From positions 26,527 through 90,526 of the IMG/VR virus record IMGVR_UViG_3300005253_000098: a stretch of 64,000 nucleotides of DNA. The stretch is one strand, 5' to 3'. Below the pieces are notes generated by a model. The model made no database searches. It was not told where the DNA came from and worked only from the letters and a program-made list of their open reading frames with translations. The position numbers were made by a program, and so were the translations under genes. Positions within the stretch are counted from its first letter, which is position 1. Every line of letters starts with the position of its first letter. Shown one piece after another: positions 20,020 to 30,851 of the stretch. This stretch comes from a virus.

Positions 20020-21264
20020 TTATTCTGAGAAGATATCGGTTATTAATCCTACGTTTCTTGAGGTAGTGTCACCTTCAAGAGCGGGCACGAATTGAGTATT
20101 GAAGAGTCTTTTCCAGGTCACAATTGTTCCTTGACCTCTCCAGCGTTCTTGCTCCATTAAGGGGATTTCTCCACCACTGTATGTTCCATGGATACAAGTA
20201 TCAGCTCCTTTATAAGTTACAAGAGCATCGTTGTCAAAGGTTGCGTTTCTGGTAAAGTATATTTCAAATCCTTCAGCAGATAAGGCTGCTCCGACTTTTC
20301 CTTCAGTGATAACGGCTGGGTGTCCAGCTGTTTGTCCACCTTGGGTGATACCAGGCTTTATAGCAAGATAAGGTTTAAGAACCAAGGGTGCAACTACATA
20401 TTTCTTATCTCCAAGCTCGCCTACTGGTTTCCGAGTTTGATCCAATAGTGTTGAGTGAGCAGAGCCGAAGTCTTGAACGAAATCTGGTTCATTAGCTGCA
20501 GAGCCATCCCATTTGTCGGCAGATGCTACATCTGCGAGGACTCCGAAAGAAGATGAAAACAACTCCGCAAGGATGTTATTATCAATTTCTAAAGCCACAG
20601 CCTCAGATTGTCTTTTCATGAAGTCTGATCTGAATTGTCCGATTTGATTGCTTGCCATTGAAGCATCGGTAATATACATACTCATTGAACCGAGTTTGAG
20701 ACCCATTCCGTATCCCCAGTAGGTCAGTGTTTGGATATTTCCAATTCCAGACTCTATAGGTAGTGGATACTCGAAAGTCAACTCGTTAGGACGAAGCCAT
20801 CCCATCTCAAGCGTGCTTGAACTCTCAGTGTAGACTACATTTAATCCAACTGATATGTTCCTTGTAGCTTGATACCAGAGCTTACGATAGATTTCTCGCA
20901 CAATAGCCCCATCAATCGTAGTAGATCCAGCCGCCAGGTGAGATGCATACGGTTGTGGGAAATAGCAAGCATTTTCATCGGCTTTCACACCGACTAATGT
21001 GCCATTTTGGATTGCACTTTCAGGAATCCATTTTCCACCAAATCCAGGGATTTCTCCCGGTTTGATTAGAGCATAAGACTTATTCTGATATTCAGATAAG
21101 ATTTGTTCGGAAGTCTTAAATTGACTTAAATATTCTTTGATTGCGTGATCGCCACGAGCTGGATTAGGCTCTTGAAGCTGATGCTCTTTCTGTTGAGCAG
21201 CAAATTCAGCCTGTTGCTTCGCGGCAGCAGCCATTTCAGGGGTTACAGTTGCTTGTGCTGTCAT
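20020..21264 (-). CDS. Major capsid protein (HK97 fold, inferred)
   Basis: 414 aa; follows protease and decoration genes; spine-helix-like SEAVALEIDNNIL; strong AGGTGA RBS. Confidence 0.8.
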   Translation of the reverse strand: MTAQATVTPEMAAAAKQQAEFAAQQKEHQLQEPNPARGDHAIKEYLSQFKTSEQILSEYQNKSYALIKPGEIPGFGGKWIPESAIQNGTLVGVKADENACYFPQPYASHLAAGSTTIDGAIVREIYRKLWYQATRNISVGLNVVYTESSSTLEMGWLRPNELTFEYPLPIESGIGNIQTLTYWGYGMGLKLGSMSMYITDASMASNQIGQFRSDFMKRQSEAVALEIDNNILAELFSSSFGVLADVASADKWDGSAANEPDFVQDFGSAHSTLLDQTRKPVGELGDKKYVVAPLVLKPYLAIKPGITQGGQTAGHPAVITEGKVGAALSAEGFEIYFTRNATFDNDALVTYKGADTCIHGTYSGGEIPLMEQERWRGQGTIVTWKRLFNTQFVPALEGDTTSRNVGLITDIFSE

Positions 21265-21273
21265 ATAATCACC

Positions 21274-21933
21274 TTAAGCTGAGGGCACCCAGAACACAGG
21301 AGATCCCAACATTAGAATTACGTCTATGTTTACGTCTCCAGGTGTTGCACCGACATCTTGGTCGGATTGTCCTACATATTGACACCCTGCCTTTTGCATA
21401 ATATCTCTAAGGTTCAAACCATCGACAGGCTCACCGTCAGTTATGACGGCAGCTACCCAGGTTGCTCCATAGGCAGATCCAGCCTCGTCTTCTTCATAGA
21501 AGGGAGTTAAGGAGGGCAGATTTCCTGCTGATGATTCCCATACATGGGAATCTACAACGAGACCTAATTGGTCACCTTGAACGAACGCAGTTGAAAAATC
21601 ACTATCGACCGGCATAGAGAAAATCCCTACGAGTGCGACAGCTACTTGGTTAAAAGCAGAAATATCTCCTCGTATAATATGATCATAATCCGTGAATTTT
21701 TCACCATAATTACGATTGGGATCAGTCCCAGAAACTGCAGCACCCATAATTCTCTGTCTTAGATCATCATTCGTGTCCCATATCTTTGCTAATGATTGGT
21801 CGGTTCCGTCTCTTTGGATAGCGAGTCCACCGAACCATACTGGGGCAGCTGCTTCATATCTACGATGATCTGTCACAACTCTGCTTAATCCACCGGTTTT
21901 TGTTGGAGGTTTGTAATGAATACTTGTTACCAT
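21274..21933 (-). CDS. Head decoration/cement protein (putative)
   Basis: Acidic, Gly-rich; between protease and MCP. Confidence 0.6.
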   Translation of the reverse strand: MVTSIHYKPPTKTGGLSRVVTDHRRYEAAAPVWFGGLAIQRDGTDQSLAKIWDTNDDLRQRIMGAAVSGTDPNRNYGEKFTDYDHIIRGDISAFNQVAVALVGIFSMPVDSDFSTAFVQGDQLGLVVDSHVWESSAGNLPSLTPFYEEDEAGSAYGATWVAAVITDGEPVDGLNLRDIMQKAGCQYVGQSDQDVGATPGDVNIDVILMLGSPVFWVPSA

Positions 21934-21972
21934 AATTTACACCATATTAATTCTGTTTATTCTTTATTCTCC

Positions 21973-23310
21973 TTATTCGTATCCAAATCTTTTTAGAGCT
22001 TCTTTCTCTAAATCTTCTATTTTTTCAGGTTTGTTTGGATCGCCAGCGGAAAGATTAACAGTAGAATCGGTTTGTCCAGGTGTCACTTGAGGGTTTGGTG
22101 GTGTCTGTTGTCCGTCAGGTGGCGGTGCCTGGGCTAATGCTGTAATCCTGCTATTGCGTCTTAGCATTCCTGATAAAAATTCACGTTTAGAACAGAAGGT
22201 GTCTTTTCCAGCAAGCTCTATCTCAAAATTGAATTCTGGGTCATCTTTGAGAACTGCTGTTTTCAGAGCCTCTAATTCTGAAGCATCTGCTTGAATCTTG
22301 CTTGCGAGCACCTGCTCTTTTATTGGTGTAAGTTCTGCCATGAATTTCTCCGTTTGTTTTTCCATAGCATCAGTCACCAATTTACCTACAATATTTCCGT
22401 AAGCATTGACTCCAGCATTAGCTGGATCTTGCCCACCAGCTGTGTAGGGGGACGGATTGGACAGTTGGACACTATCAGCAGGAGCAGCTTGGGTTATTTC
22501 AAAACCTGCGTCCTTAAGCGATGCCAATAATTCCATCTGTGCTTTTTTCTTGTTTTCTTCTTCTGAACCAGTCATAGATATCATACCATCTTTTATACTT
22601 TTCATGTTTAACGAGGTGTTTTTAATAATTTGTGTATCATGGGAAGAGGGTAGCGTGGTTATAGGCATAATGACATTATAGATACCTTCCTCTGTTTGAG
22701 ACAAAGTCACAGTTTGACTGTGATAATTAACACAGCTCTTACAAGCAGGATTAGGCACGAGTGCAACCCTATTTGCTATAACTTGATCAACAGTAAGATT
22801 TCCTTCAGCGTCTTTTTGACCAAGTTTAACAGATGCTTCAATAGAATTCTGTAAATCACCGGTCTCTATTGCATCAGCAATCCGTTTGTTAATTACCACA
22901 TATGTAATATGCACTTCTTTGAAGTCTTTTGCATATCCAATATTTATAATTGTCCCCACATTTGGAGACCTGCCTCCTGGCACCATAGCTGGATGAAGCA
23001 ATCCTATCGGTTTATACAATAATCCAGCAAAGAAATCTTGTAGATTAGTCGAAGTCCACTTAATCAGTTTACCATCAATTCCCTTAAACACACCCTCAGC
23101 AAGTGCTACTCCCTTAACAACGTATAATTCGTCCTGTTGGAGCACCCAATTTACGCCCTGTTCCTGTCCGATTGTGATCTGTGGACTCACTCCATATTGT
23201 GCTATCACGTCAGATCCCGAATGCACGGAGCACGAACTTACGCTGGGTGTATTCCCTGCTGTGAGGGTGATATTTACGGCAGTTACGCCAGATGAATCGG
23301 TATCGTTCAT
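21973..23310 (-). CDS. Prohead protease-scaffold fusion
   Basis: KPIGLLHP...VGTI...NSIE...NRVALV..PAC protease-like motifs plus a helical, low-complexity C-terminus. Confidence 0.75.
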   Translation of the reverse strand: MNDTDSSGVTAVNITLTAGNTPSVSSCSVHSGSDVIAQYGVSPQITIGQEQGVNWVLQQDELYVVKGVALAEGVFKGIDGKLIKWTSTNLQDFFAGLLYKPIGLLHPAMVPGGRSPNVGTIINIGYAKDFKEVHITYVVINKRIADAIETGDLQNSIEASVKLGQKDAEGNLTVDQVIANRVALVPNPACKSCVNYHSQTVTLSQTEEGIYNVIMPITTLPSSHDTQIIKNTSLNMKSIKDGMISMTGSEEENKKKAQMELLASLKDAGFEITQAAPADSVQLSNPSPYTAGGQDPANAGVNAYGNIVGKLVTDAMEKQTEKFMAELTPIKEQVLASKIQADASELEALKTAVLKDDPEFNFEIELAGKDTFCSKREFLSGMLRRNSRITALAQAPPPDGQQTPPNPQVTPGQTDSTVNLSAGDPNKPEKIEDLEKEALKRFGYE

Positions 23311-23495
23311 TCCTTTTTCCTCTTATGCTTAGTGTCATATTTAGCGTCGTTAGCAAATTCTTTCATTTTTTCTGTATTGGGCGCCTTTTTGTGTGGACGC
23401 TTGAGCAAACTTCGACTCCTTCCGTCAGTTCGCTGGGGCAATAAATCATCCTCTGAACCGCCCGGTCCAAGCATCATTTTTCTTCTGGGACTCAT
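23307..23495 (-). CDS. Small basic hypothetical protein
   Basis: ATGA-coupled between portal and protease. Confidence 0.55.
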   Translation of the reverse strand: MSPRRKMMLGPGGSEDDLLPQRTDGRSRSLLKRPHKKAPNTEKMKEFANDAKYDTKHKRKKE

Positions 23496-25171
23496 CTGGT
23501 TTTCTGCCTCTGTAATTTTGAATTATCTGTTGTGGGTCTATTTGCTTGAGGACCCTGTTTCTTAGCTGGTTCTCTACCAGCGGTCTGAGAACTTATCTTT
23601 TTAGTGCTGGCATTCGATCCAGTCTTTCCGCCTGGTTGAACACCCACTTCTTTTCCAAAACTGGTAATTTTCTCGTAGAACTTGTCTCGTTCTTTCTTCT
23701 CGTTGGGAGTTAAGCGTTTCTCCTCGCCAGCAATCAATCTTAATTCGTCCTCGGTGAAGATCATCAGCTCTTTAGCCACTGCAGCTCGTCTCATCATCAT
23801 GTCCTTATCCTTGTCAAGTGATGTGCTACGAGAGATGCGTATACGTGAGATCTCCTTCTTAAACAGGGGATAGATTCCCAATAATATCTCCTTGATATAC
23901 CTTTCTAATGGTTTGAAGACTACATTAATCAGGTGCTCGGTCGTAACAGAGCTATGAGACATTCTATTAACGTCAGTCGCAAAACTCCCGCTGCCAGTGC
24001 TCGTTTCGGAGATCGGAAGACCGATGGCTCGTGTATGAGCTTCATCGATCTGCTTGAGTAAGTCATTTGATTGCAGGTAAGTGACCGCCTGTGGCTCAAC
24101 AATCTGCACCTTGACATGCTCATCAGTAACAAGGGCTGAATCTGGTGCCCTCAACTCCTGCATCTGAATATAAGCATTCAAATAGTCTCTCCTCTGTTTA
24201 ATTATGTGACTCATCCTCGAGTCAGTCGAACCTTTTGGTAAGTTTACAGTTTGTTCATTAATCCAGCTCAAGTCCACTTGATGCCACTGTATCGGCTGTG
24301 TTTGCTCCCTCGCTAACATATCCGCCCACATGATCTCCTGTTTCCACCACCAGGTAGTAACCAGTCTCTGCAGGGGTGCTCTGCTCCACACTCCATATGT
24401 CCACCTGTTCATAGAATCATCTACTTGATCATCCCCTTTATTAACCTGAATATGAATAATCTGATTCTCATCGAACACGATTGGCAACGGATCGTCCTTG
24501 TGATGCAGTCTCATAATATTACTCATCACATTTGATAACCGTGAATCCATCACTTCATTTAGCACATAGTAATTGGGCTCCCATACCTGAAAATCCCTGC
24601 CCTGACCCATCCCATACAACTGCTTCATATTCTCTACTATAGTTAGATAATTAATAGGCAAGGATCTGAGCACCGGATAACCGTGTTTGACACTCTTCAA
24701 GTAAACAGCATTACCAAAAGTGATAGCATTAGCCGTAGCCTGATAAATCAAAGTCCTATAGTCAAGCAACTCCTCAGCTATCTTCTCCCCTGTCGTAAGC
24801 AAAAATAGTTCCTGATCATCCAGCTCACGCCCCGCATCCATGACCAATCCCTTATAGGCATTACTAACGAGCCCTGATTTTGTTCCAATACTGGCTCCAA
24901 GGTTAGCATCTGACCAATTCATATAACTGTAAAGTTCGTTCTGATTACTCCTATCTACGAAACTTCTCTCCACTGCATCAACCGCAAATTTCAATGGGTG
25001 ATCAGTCTGTCGAGACATAGCTATCTTGAATGCACTCCTGTTATCAATTCCACCGACTGGAATATCGGACAGTATTACATTCTTCCCATTATGATAGACT
25101 GGACGTTCGTTGATCCACTTCTTGACGTGACTATATGGACCGAAATTTGCATCCTGGAACTCTGTTGCCAT
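23492..25171 (-). CDS. Portal protein
   Basis: Follows TerL; ITFGNAVY, IIHI, AIGLP and IFTEDELR portal-like motifs; 559 aa. Confidence 0.85.
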   Translation of the reverse strand: MATEFQDANFGPYSHVKKWINERPVYHNGKNVILSDIPVGGIDNRSAFKIAMSRQTDHPLKFAVDAVERSFVDRSNQNELYSYMNWSDANLGASIGTKSGLVSNAYKGLVMDAGRELDDQELFLLTTGEKIAEELLDYRTLIYQATANAITFGNAVYLKSVKHGYPVLRSLPINYLTIVENMKQLYGMGQGRDFQVWEPNYYVLNEVMDSRLSNVMSNIMRLHHKDDPLPIVFDENQIIHIQVNKGDDQVDDSMNRWTYGVWSRAPLQRLVTTWWWKQEIMWADMLAREQTQPIQWHQVDLSWINEQTVNLPKGSTDSRMSHIIKQRRDYLNAYIQMQELRAPDSALVTDEHVKVQIVEPQAVTYLQSNDLLKQIDEAHTRAIGLPISETSTGSGSFATDVNRMSHSSVTTEHLINVVFKPLERYIKEILLGIYPLFKKEISRIRISRSTSLDKDKDMMMRRAAVAKELMIFTEDELRLIAGEEKRLTPNEKKERDKFYEKITSFGKEVGVQPGGKTGSNASTKKISSQTAGREPAKKQGPQANRPTTDNSKLQRQKTR

Positions 25172-25212
25172 GGTTGAATTACTGGATGTAATATCAACCT
25201 ATAAAGATTCCT

Positions 25213-27024
25213 CTATCTTCGCCTGCGTGACAAAGAAAGAGATCTCGATGCCATACTTCCCATTCTACGAGCAGAACTCATCATAGGCATACTTTTGGCT
25301 ACTACGGCAGGGATAGCAGTTGGTGGACTGAACGTAGCACTAAGAGCTGGTCCAATTCCCACTTCTGGCATCTCCTGAATGAGATTCGCACCAGTTATGA
25401 CCAGCACAGCTACATCCAGAATATCTTTCGAGCCCTTTGGTGGATGGTCGATACCCTTGGTGGTAGCCGTAACTTTCAATTGCATCTCTTTAACTTCCCT
25501 TGTGAAAACAGGATACTCCGGCATAGTGAACATCCTAAATTGAGCATAATTCTTAAACAGTTCCGCTTCGGGAAATCGGATCTGCCGTTGAACTACGTCC
25601 AAACCCTCTCGATCGAGTGTTTGTTGAAGTATCGGATAGTTCAACGTATCAAACATCGCACGCCTCAAAGGAAACAAATAATTACAAGAAAGGAAGAAAT
25701 CCCTAACCTTAAAGGCATCAATATCAGACTCCTTCGGAACAAACCTGTAAAAACCATCAAACTGAATATGATAAAGCAATCGATCCTCAGCCTCAGAACC
25801 CATCAACTTACCAGCAGTATTATACTTATAGACCTTGTGCCACTCACCCTCACCAATAGTATGACCGACTGCGATGCCGAACGCATCGAGTCGTGTTGCC
25901 GGATCACCAGCAATAATATAGTAAGCATTACTATCAATAGGCATACCAGACTCGTGTTTAAGAACGTCGAGACGTTCCGTCGCATAGCCATGCTCCTCCA
26001 CGATCTCTCCAATGGGTTGTAAGAGATTGGGTAAGTTGGGTTGGATGTTTGGTCGGATGGTCTGGTCGTAATCTTTGATCCAAACATTAGAAGCAAAACT
26101 GGGATCGCAACCATAAAGTTGCCAGAACTCAGCAGGTTCGGTCGTTCGCTCGGTGTCAAAGTCCTCAAACTTGTAAAGCTTATTCCCGAAGGGATTAGTA
26201 ACCTCATCATACCAGGTCACGACCTTCATCCAGATAGTTTCTCCACCACTGGCTTCAGCAGGCTGCTTTAACCTCCACATCTTAGAGCCTGCCAGTCCAC
26301 TACTCGAAATCATAAACACCTTCCCAAAAAGACCTTTAGTAGCTTGGTAGAGTGTCTTAGTCGAGTTCTTCATAATCTTATAAACATTATCGACTCCACT
26401 TGGTCCCTCTGTATCATCGAACTGATCTACTTCGTCCATACTAAAGAAAGCAGCAGTCTTACCAGCCGCACCGCCAGACTTGCTCGCAAGTGCAATAACA
26501 TCAACATTCTCCCTCGGAAAATTGATCTCCTCACTCCTGATGTTCATCTCAGGAGCATATTCCCTAAAGTAGGGTGAACTATCAAACATAGCTTTGCTAA
26601 TGGCGAACACCGAGTCCAGGGACTGTGGCTTATTGGTAGCAACATTAGTGATTTTAATGTGCTGATCCTTCATTTGACCGAATTCTTTTGCAGGAGTCCA
26701 GCCTGGCTTATCTGCAATCCTGTGCATCTTATACATAGCTACGAAAGCTTGAATACCAGCAGTAGTCGTTTTACTTAGACGCATACCGCCCATTACGACC
26801 ATTTCTCTGATATTCTGGTTGGGAATACCCCTTACGGTATTACACGGACTCCACAAGCGACGACTGACCTCCTTTTGCAGTGGTGTCGGCTCAACATATT
26901 GCCCTCCATGAAAATAAGGATCAGAAATAAGATAGACTGGATCGAGGAACCCCTTATACATTTTTGTTCTTCGTTGCAGATCAGTAAGTCTGCCCCAGCT
27001 CTTAACCATATCGTGTCGCCGCAA
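25213..27024 (-). CDS. terL: Terminase large subunit
   Basis: Walker A variant GGMRLSKTT, Walker B FFSMDE, coupling motif ISS, nuclease IAGDPA..DAFG and DHPPKGSKDILD. Confidence 0.92.
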   Translation of the reverse strand: MRRHDMVKSWGRLTDLQRRTKMYKGFLDPVYLISDPYFHGGQYVEPTPLQKEVSRRLWSPCNTVRGIPNQNIREMVVMGGMRLSKTTTAGIQAFVAMYKMHRIADKPGWTPAKEFGQMKDQHIKITNVATNKPQSLDSVFAISKAMFDSSPYFREYAPEMNIRSEEINFPRENVDVIALASKSGGAAGKTAAFFSMDEVDQFDDTEGPSGVDNVYKIMKNSTKTLYQATKGLFGKVFMISSSGLAGSKMWRLKQPAEASGGETIWMKVVTWYDEVTNPFGNKLYKFEDFDTERTTEPAEFWQLYGCDPSFASNVWIKDYDQTIRPNIQPNLPNLLQPIGEIVEEHGYATERLDVLKHESGMPIDSNAYYIIAGDPATRLDAFGIAVGHTIGEGEWHKVYKYNTAGKLMGSEAEDRLLYHIQFDGFYRFVPKESDIDAFKVRDFFLSCNYLFPLRRAMFDTLNYPILQQTLDREGLDVVQRQIRFPEAELFKNYAQFRMFTMPEYPVFTREVKEMQLKVTATTKGIDHPPKGSKDILDVAVLVITGANLIQEMPEVGIGPALSATFSPPTAIPAVVAKSMPMMSSARRMGSMASRSLSLSRRRR

Positions 27025-27385
27025 AAATAGTATTCTTGACCTGATCTCCCTTCATATAAGTAATATCGAGAGAGTCAAGCATTTTTTGAGCATATTCGTA
27101 GAGAATTTCCGTCAATTGCAACTTGAAGGGATTACCCCAGCGATCAGTCCCAATATCACAAATAATAATCTTTTCCTTGCTGATGTGTTCCTGAACACGT
27201 TTGATATCATATCCCCTGTGAGCGAGAACTACGACTTTATCTGCCCAATGACCGAGTTCCTGGAGAGACACGTCACCAGTAAAGTCAATACCGATAGCGA
27301 TAGCCTCATGATCCATATACTTGAGCATACGAGCTAAAGCATAGCTCCTGCAGTTGCCCTGGTTGCAAATAGTGAGAAACCTCAT
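27002..27385 (-). CDS. Low-molecular-weight phosphatase (LMW-PTP/ArsC fold)
   Basis: N-terminal P-loop CNQGNCRS (CX5RS), WADKVVV, D..D.WGNP. Confidence 0.8.
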   Translation of the reverse strand: MRFLTICNQGNCRSYALARMLKYMDHEAIAIGIDFTGDVSLQELGHWADKVVVLAHRGYDIKRVQEHISKEKIIICDIGTDRWGNPFKLQLTEILYEYAQKMLDSLDITYMKGDQVKNTIFAATRYG

Positions 27386-28092
27386 CTGTCTTGATTCCTG
27401 TTCCTGTTAGCTAAATGACTCAGGTGATCGTCCATGCGAGACCTGACCCGAACTTTCTTGACCTCATCGCGTTTAGTCACGACTTCGAGTTTTTCCTCAG
27501 CTTCCTTTTCTTCTTTAACATCAGCTTTCTCTTCCATCTTATCGAGAACCTTGATCTGACACTTTGGACACAATTCCATGGTCACGAGATTGAAGAAATA
27601 ATCGTATTCTTCTTGGACGTTGACTTCAGTCTCCTCATTAACTGGGAGCTCGCTCATAGCCTTGAAGGTATCTCTAATCTCTCTCGTGATCTTTGTGATG
27701 TCACGAGTATCCGAGAGTAGTCTGATTAGTTCACGAGTGAGGATCTTTTGCTGAATAATGTAGTATTTATGTGGTTTCTTTACCAGTTCCTCGAGATTTT
27801 CGGTCAGGTTCGTTCGATCAGCCGCTTGTTGAGTGTTGTTTTCCTCTCGGGTCTGATAATAACTGGAGTCCTGGTAGGATAAATGGTGTCCCTCGACAAC
27901 ATGCGTTCGGACAGCTTGAACAGAGATATGATAGAAGCGAGCAACTTCTTCTTCTGGAGCATCAGCGATCGATTGATTGATTTCTGACACTCTGGGGTGG
28001 AGACCGACCGGACAAGGCGTTGGGAGCACAGAGCACCAATCAATACGCCGGCGGTTAGCATCTGATGACATTTGAATAGGAGATAAAAACAA
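27382..28092 (-). CDS. Terminase small subunit (putative)
   Basis: First gene of the packaging operon; C..HP...IN...VAR.Y.IS...V..H HTH-like pattern, coiled coil, LCPKC. Confidence 0.7.
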   Translation of the reverse strand: MFLSPIQMSSDANRRRIDWCSVLPTPCPVGLHPRVSEINQSIADAPEEEVARFYHISVQAVRTHVVEGHHLSYQDSSYYQTREENNTQQAADRTNLTENLEELVKKPHKYYIIQQKILTRELIRLLSDTRDITKITREIRDTFKAMSELPVNEETEVNVQEEYDYFFNLVTMELCPKCQIKVLDKMEEKADVKEEKEAEEKLEVVTKRDEVKKVRVRSRMDDHLSHLANRNRNQDR

Positions 28093-28126
28093 GGTTATTT
28101 AATGTTTTTGGTATCAGTGATTTAAT

Positions 28127-28327
28127 ATGAACAATTTGTCTAAAATAGTAATAAAATTGAAAACAAGAGAAGATGGGCTTACCCCAGCTCACGATACACA
28201 TGTCTTTATTGACGGTAAAGAGATACATGGTATTTTTAAGATAGAAGCAGAAATAGAAGCTGATACTATCCAGATAATGAAATTAAGCTTCCATGCAGCC
28301 CTTATCAAGTTTGAATACGAAACATGA
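28127..28327 (+). CDS. Hypothetical protein
   Basis: First plus-strand gene after the divergent intergenic region. Confidence 0.6.
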   Translation: MNNLSKIVIKLKTREDGLTPAHDTHVFIDGKEIHGIFKIEAEIEADTIQIMKLSFHAALIKFEYET

Positions 28328-28361
28328 TAGGGAAAAGTTTATGAAATAGTGTTTTCAGGAC

Positions 28362-28790
28362 TTGCCAGTGATCATGATGGTCTGGATATTTAATTGGTTT
28401 ACGAAGGCTGACGAACTCAAGTTATGTCAGGATGCACTCGATATTGCACAAGCAGAGAACAAGAAGTTCAGAACGGAGTTTAAGCTTGACAAATTCGAGA
28501 TTAAATACAACTACAAAGTTGATTTAAAAAGGAAAGTCATAAAATCATTTACCGCTGGTAAGTCTGCACAGCTTATCTATGATGAGATAATAGACTTCTT
28601 CCCAAGTCTGGCTGAAGAAGGCGAATCATTAGAAGCTTGGCTACCGATAGACGCCGAGAAACAGGAAGATAGTTCCGTCCAATTCCGAGTCGCAAACGGC
28701 TGGGCTATCGTGCTTGTTAACGAAAAAGCAGTTCTCATTGACGGTTGTTCATTCCATAACTACGTCGCTGAGCTGTTTAAGATTGCCTGA
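28362..28790 (+). CDS. Hypothetical protein
   Basis: ORF track. Confidence 0.65.
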   Translation: MPVIMMVWIFNWFTKADELKLCQDALDIAQAENKKFRTEFKLDKFEIKYNYKVDLKRKVIKSFTAGKSAQLIYDEIIDFFPSLAEEGESLEAWLPIDAEKQEDSSVQFRVANGWAIVLVNEKAVLIDGCSFHNYVAELFKIA

Positions 28791-29111
28791 ATTGAAATTT
28801 GGACATTTCAATTTTCTTTCTATATATAATATAATGAGTTGAAAAATATGAACAAAAATATTATGTTTGTTCCGCCTTTTCACTCCAAAGAATGCGGTTG
28901 TTACTGGTATATAGGAAAAGAAATGGTTGTCTGTGATTATCATAAGAAAAATACTGTAATAATAAAAGATGTTAAATAATGAACGATTTTGAATGCCCGA
29001 GCTGCCATAAAATCGGAGGAATTTACTTTATGAGCGGAGCTAATTGTGGATTATGTGGTTGGGATGACAAAAGAATCGAGAGAGAGTTAGCCGAGACAGA
29101 AATGATGAATA

Positions 29112-29507
29112 ATGGGTAAATGGTCCAAACTATGGTTCGCGATGTGCTTCCCGCCAAGATTTTTCTATGCCTTCCTGACGCTCTTGTTCTGGTCGATACT
29201 CGTGGTTTTAGCTACTATATCTATGTTGACGGGTCTGGGAGAAGCAATTTTAGGACTACTTTTATTCCTCGGATTGTTTGGTCAGACTATTATTACGTGG
29301 CTGTGGTTGCGGGCTAAGTGGCTCGGAAAGAAAGCCCAACATTATTTAGACACCATTGGAACCGGCGTAAGCAATAAACTCGGTCAGATCGGTGGTTTTA
29401 CTCTCGAGACCATGGGAAAGGGAAAAGTTGTTTTTCGCGATAAGACCGGCAATATCGTCGGAAAATCTATCGAACAAGCCAGATCCGGCATCGATAGACT
29501 TAAATAA
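29112..29507 (+). CDS. Membrane protein (2 TM)
   Basis: Long hydrophobic N-terminal half. Confidence 0.7.
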   Translation: MGKWSKLWFAMCFPPRFFYAFLTLLFWSILVVLATISMLTGLGEAILGLLLFLGLFGQTIITWLWLRAKWLGKKAQHYLDTIGTGVSNKLGQIGGFTLETMGKGKVVFRDKTGNIVGKSIEQARSGIDRLK

Positions 29508-29595
29508 TGATTACTGCATTAGATAGACCAACCTGTAAGTAATATGAACCCACCTGGGCATGTGGCAAAACCGCCTATTTTTATTGTGATAGATT

Positions 29596-29808
29596 ATGAC
29601 TTTCATTAACGGTATATGTTCTGCCTGTGGGCACGAATCTACTGAGCATCACGAGAGATTTGTTATGTGTGACTTTACTCGCTTCTGCAAGAAGTGCGGT
29701 GAACTTCACCCCGATCCTTATGTTAAGGCTGTGGCTTGTTTCTGGTATCCAGCCCATTTTCACCCGGATGTTGGCGGTCAGGTTCCTTGCGTTGAAGTGA
29801 CCATATGA
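29596..29808 (+). CDS. Cys/His-rich zinc-finger protein
   Basis: CSACGH...H...C, CKKC. Confidence 0.6.
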   Translation: MTFINGICSACGHESTEHHERFVMCDFTRFCKKCGELHPDPYVKAVACFWYPAHFHPDVGGQVPCVEVTI

Positions 29809-30029
29809 AGATTTTCGATCATCGAGAGAGATGTGCTGGCTGCAAAGGCTACATAGACCGAGGTGAACACGTCGATTGTCTGGAGAGACTGCCTGATGGT
29901 TACTTTAGTCAAGAAGCTCGAGAGATCACCTTCCATGGTCCGTCGTTCAACCTGTTCGTCATTGATGATATGGAACCAACTCTCGGTAGTGTGGAAGTCC
30001 AATTAACATATAAATATTATTACAAGTGA
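29805..30029 (+). CDS. C2HC zinc-finger protein
   Basis: RCAGCKG...HVDC. Confidence 0.6.
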   Translation: MKIFDHRERCAGCKGYIDRGEHVDCLERLPDGYFSQEAREITFHGPSFNLFVIDDMEPTLGSVEVQLTYKYYYK

Positions 30030-30158
30030 TTACTATGACACACAAACAAGCTAAAAGTTTAGAAGAACTACCACATGTCTGCCCCGAGTGCAAAGCGGAC
30101 CTCCTAAAGGTAGGATATTCCCAGACATTGAATATAAATCCTCCACACAAGCATTCCT

Positions 30159-30416
30159 GTGGTAATTGTGATGTATTGTTGGGGTATTTTTAACATGGAT
30201 AATCAAGAAGATAAAGACGCCATCAAGGCTGGAATGGCTGCCCTCGAGGTATTGAAGATGCAAATGAAGTTGTTTGATATTTTTGGCATAGATGATCCCG
30301 AGGTGACTGGTGATCATGAGCTAATGGAGTTCCGTGCTGATTGTCAGATCGTGGTTGAGGCTCTGGATCGAATTGTCAAGTTTGCCAAGAAACGCTGGGT
30401 GGATAAAGTTCAATGA
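30159..30416 (+). CDS. Hypothetical protein
   Basis: ORF track; true start probably at MDNQED. Confidence 0.55.
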   Translation: MVIVMYCWGIFNMDNQEDKDAIKAGMAALEVLKMQMKLFDIFGIDDPEVTGDHELMEFRADCQIVVEALDRIVKFAKKRWVDKVQ

Positions 30417-30688
30417 GTATGCATGATCCCTGTCAGAAGTGCACCCATCGACAGAGCTTCCATTATTATCATCTCGAGAGAGGCAGATCGAATGTTGATC
30501 ATGAGCACTCTATTGTTCTGATGTGCACACAGTGTGATACTGAGAACACTCTTCTTACTGAGGAGGCTTATGTTATCGAGTCGACTATTGGTTTCTGTGA
30601 AAGAGTTGTTCTTAAGTCTGGTGATACGTATGCTGTTGGTGTTCGTGATGGTTTATTGACTATCGGAGTGGAGTCCTGGTTCAGATGA
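30413..30688 (+). CDS. Zinc-finger protein
   Basis: CQKCTH...H, CTQC. Confidence 0.6.
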   Translation: MSMHDPCQKCTHRQSFHYYHLERGRSNVDHEHSIVLMCTQCDTENTLLTEEAYVIESTIGFCERVVLKSGDTYAVGVRDGLLTIGVESWFR

Positions 30689-30851
30689 GTGTTGTATCGT
30701 TTATCTATGCTATTTTGATTGTTTTCGTGTCCGCTGGTGTTGTTATAGTTATGTCTATGATTGACCTTACCGGGGAACCGACTATAGAACGCGTGACCTT
30801 CATTATTGCGGTCATTGCTTTAACGCATTCTCTTGATAAGAGGTCTGTGAA

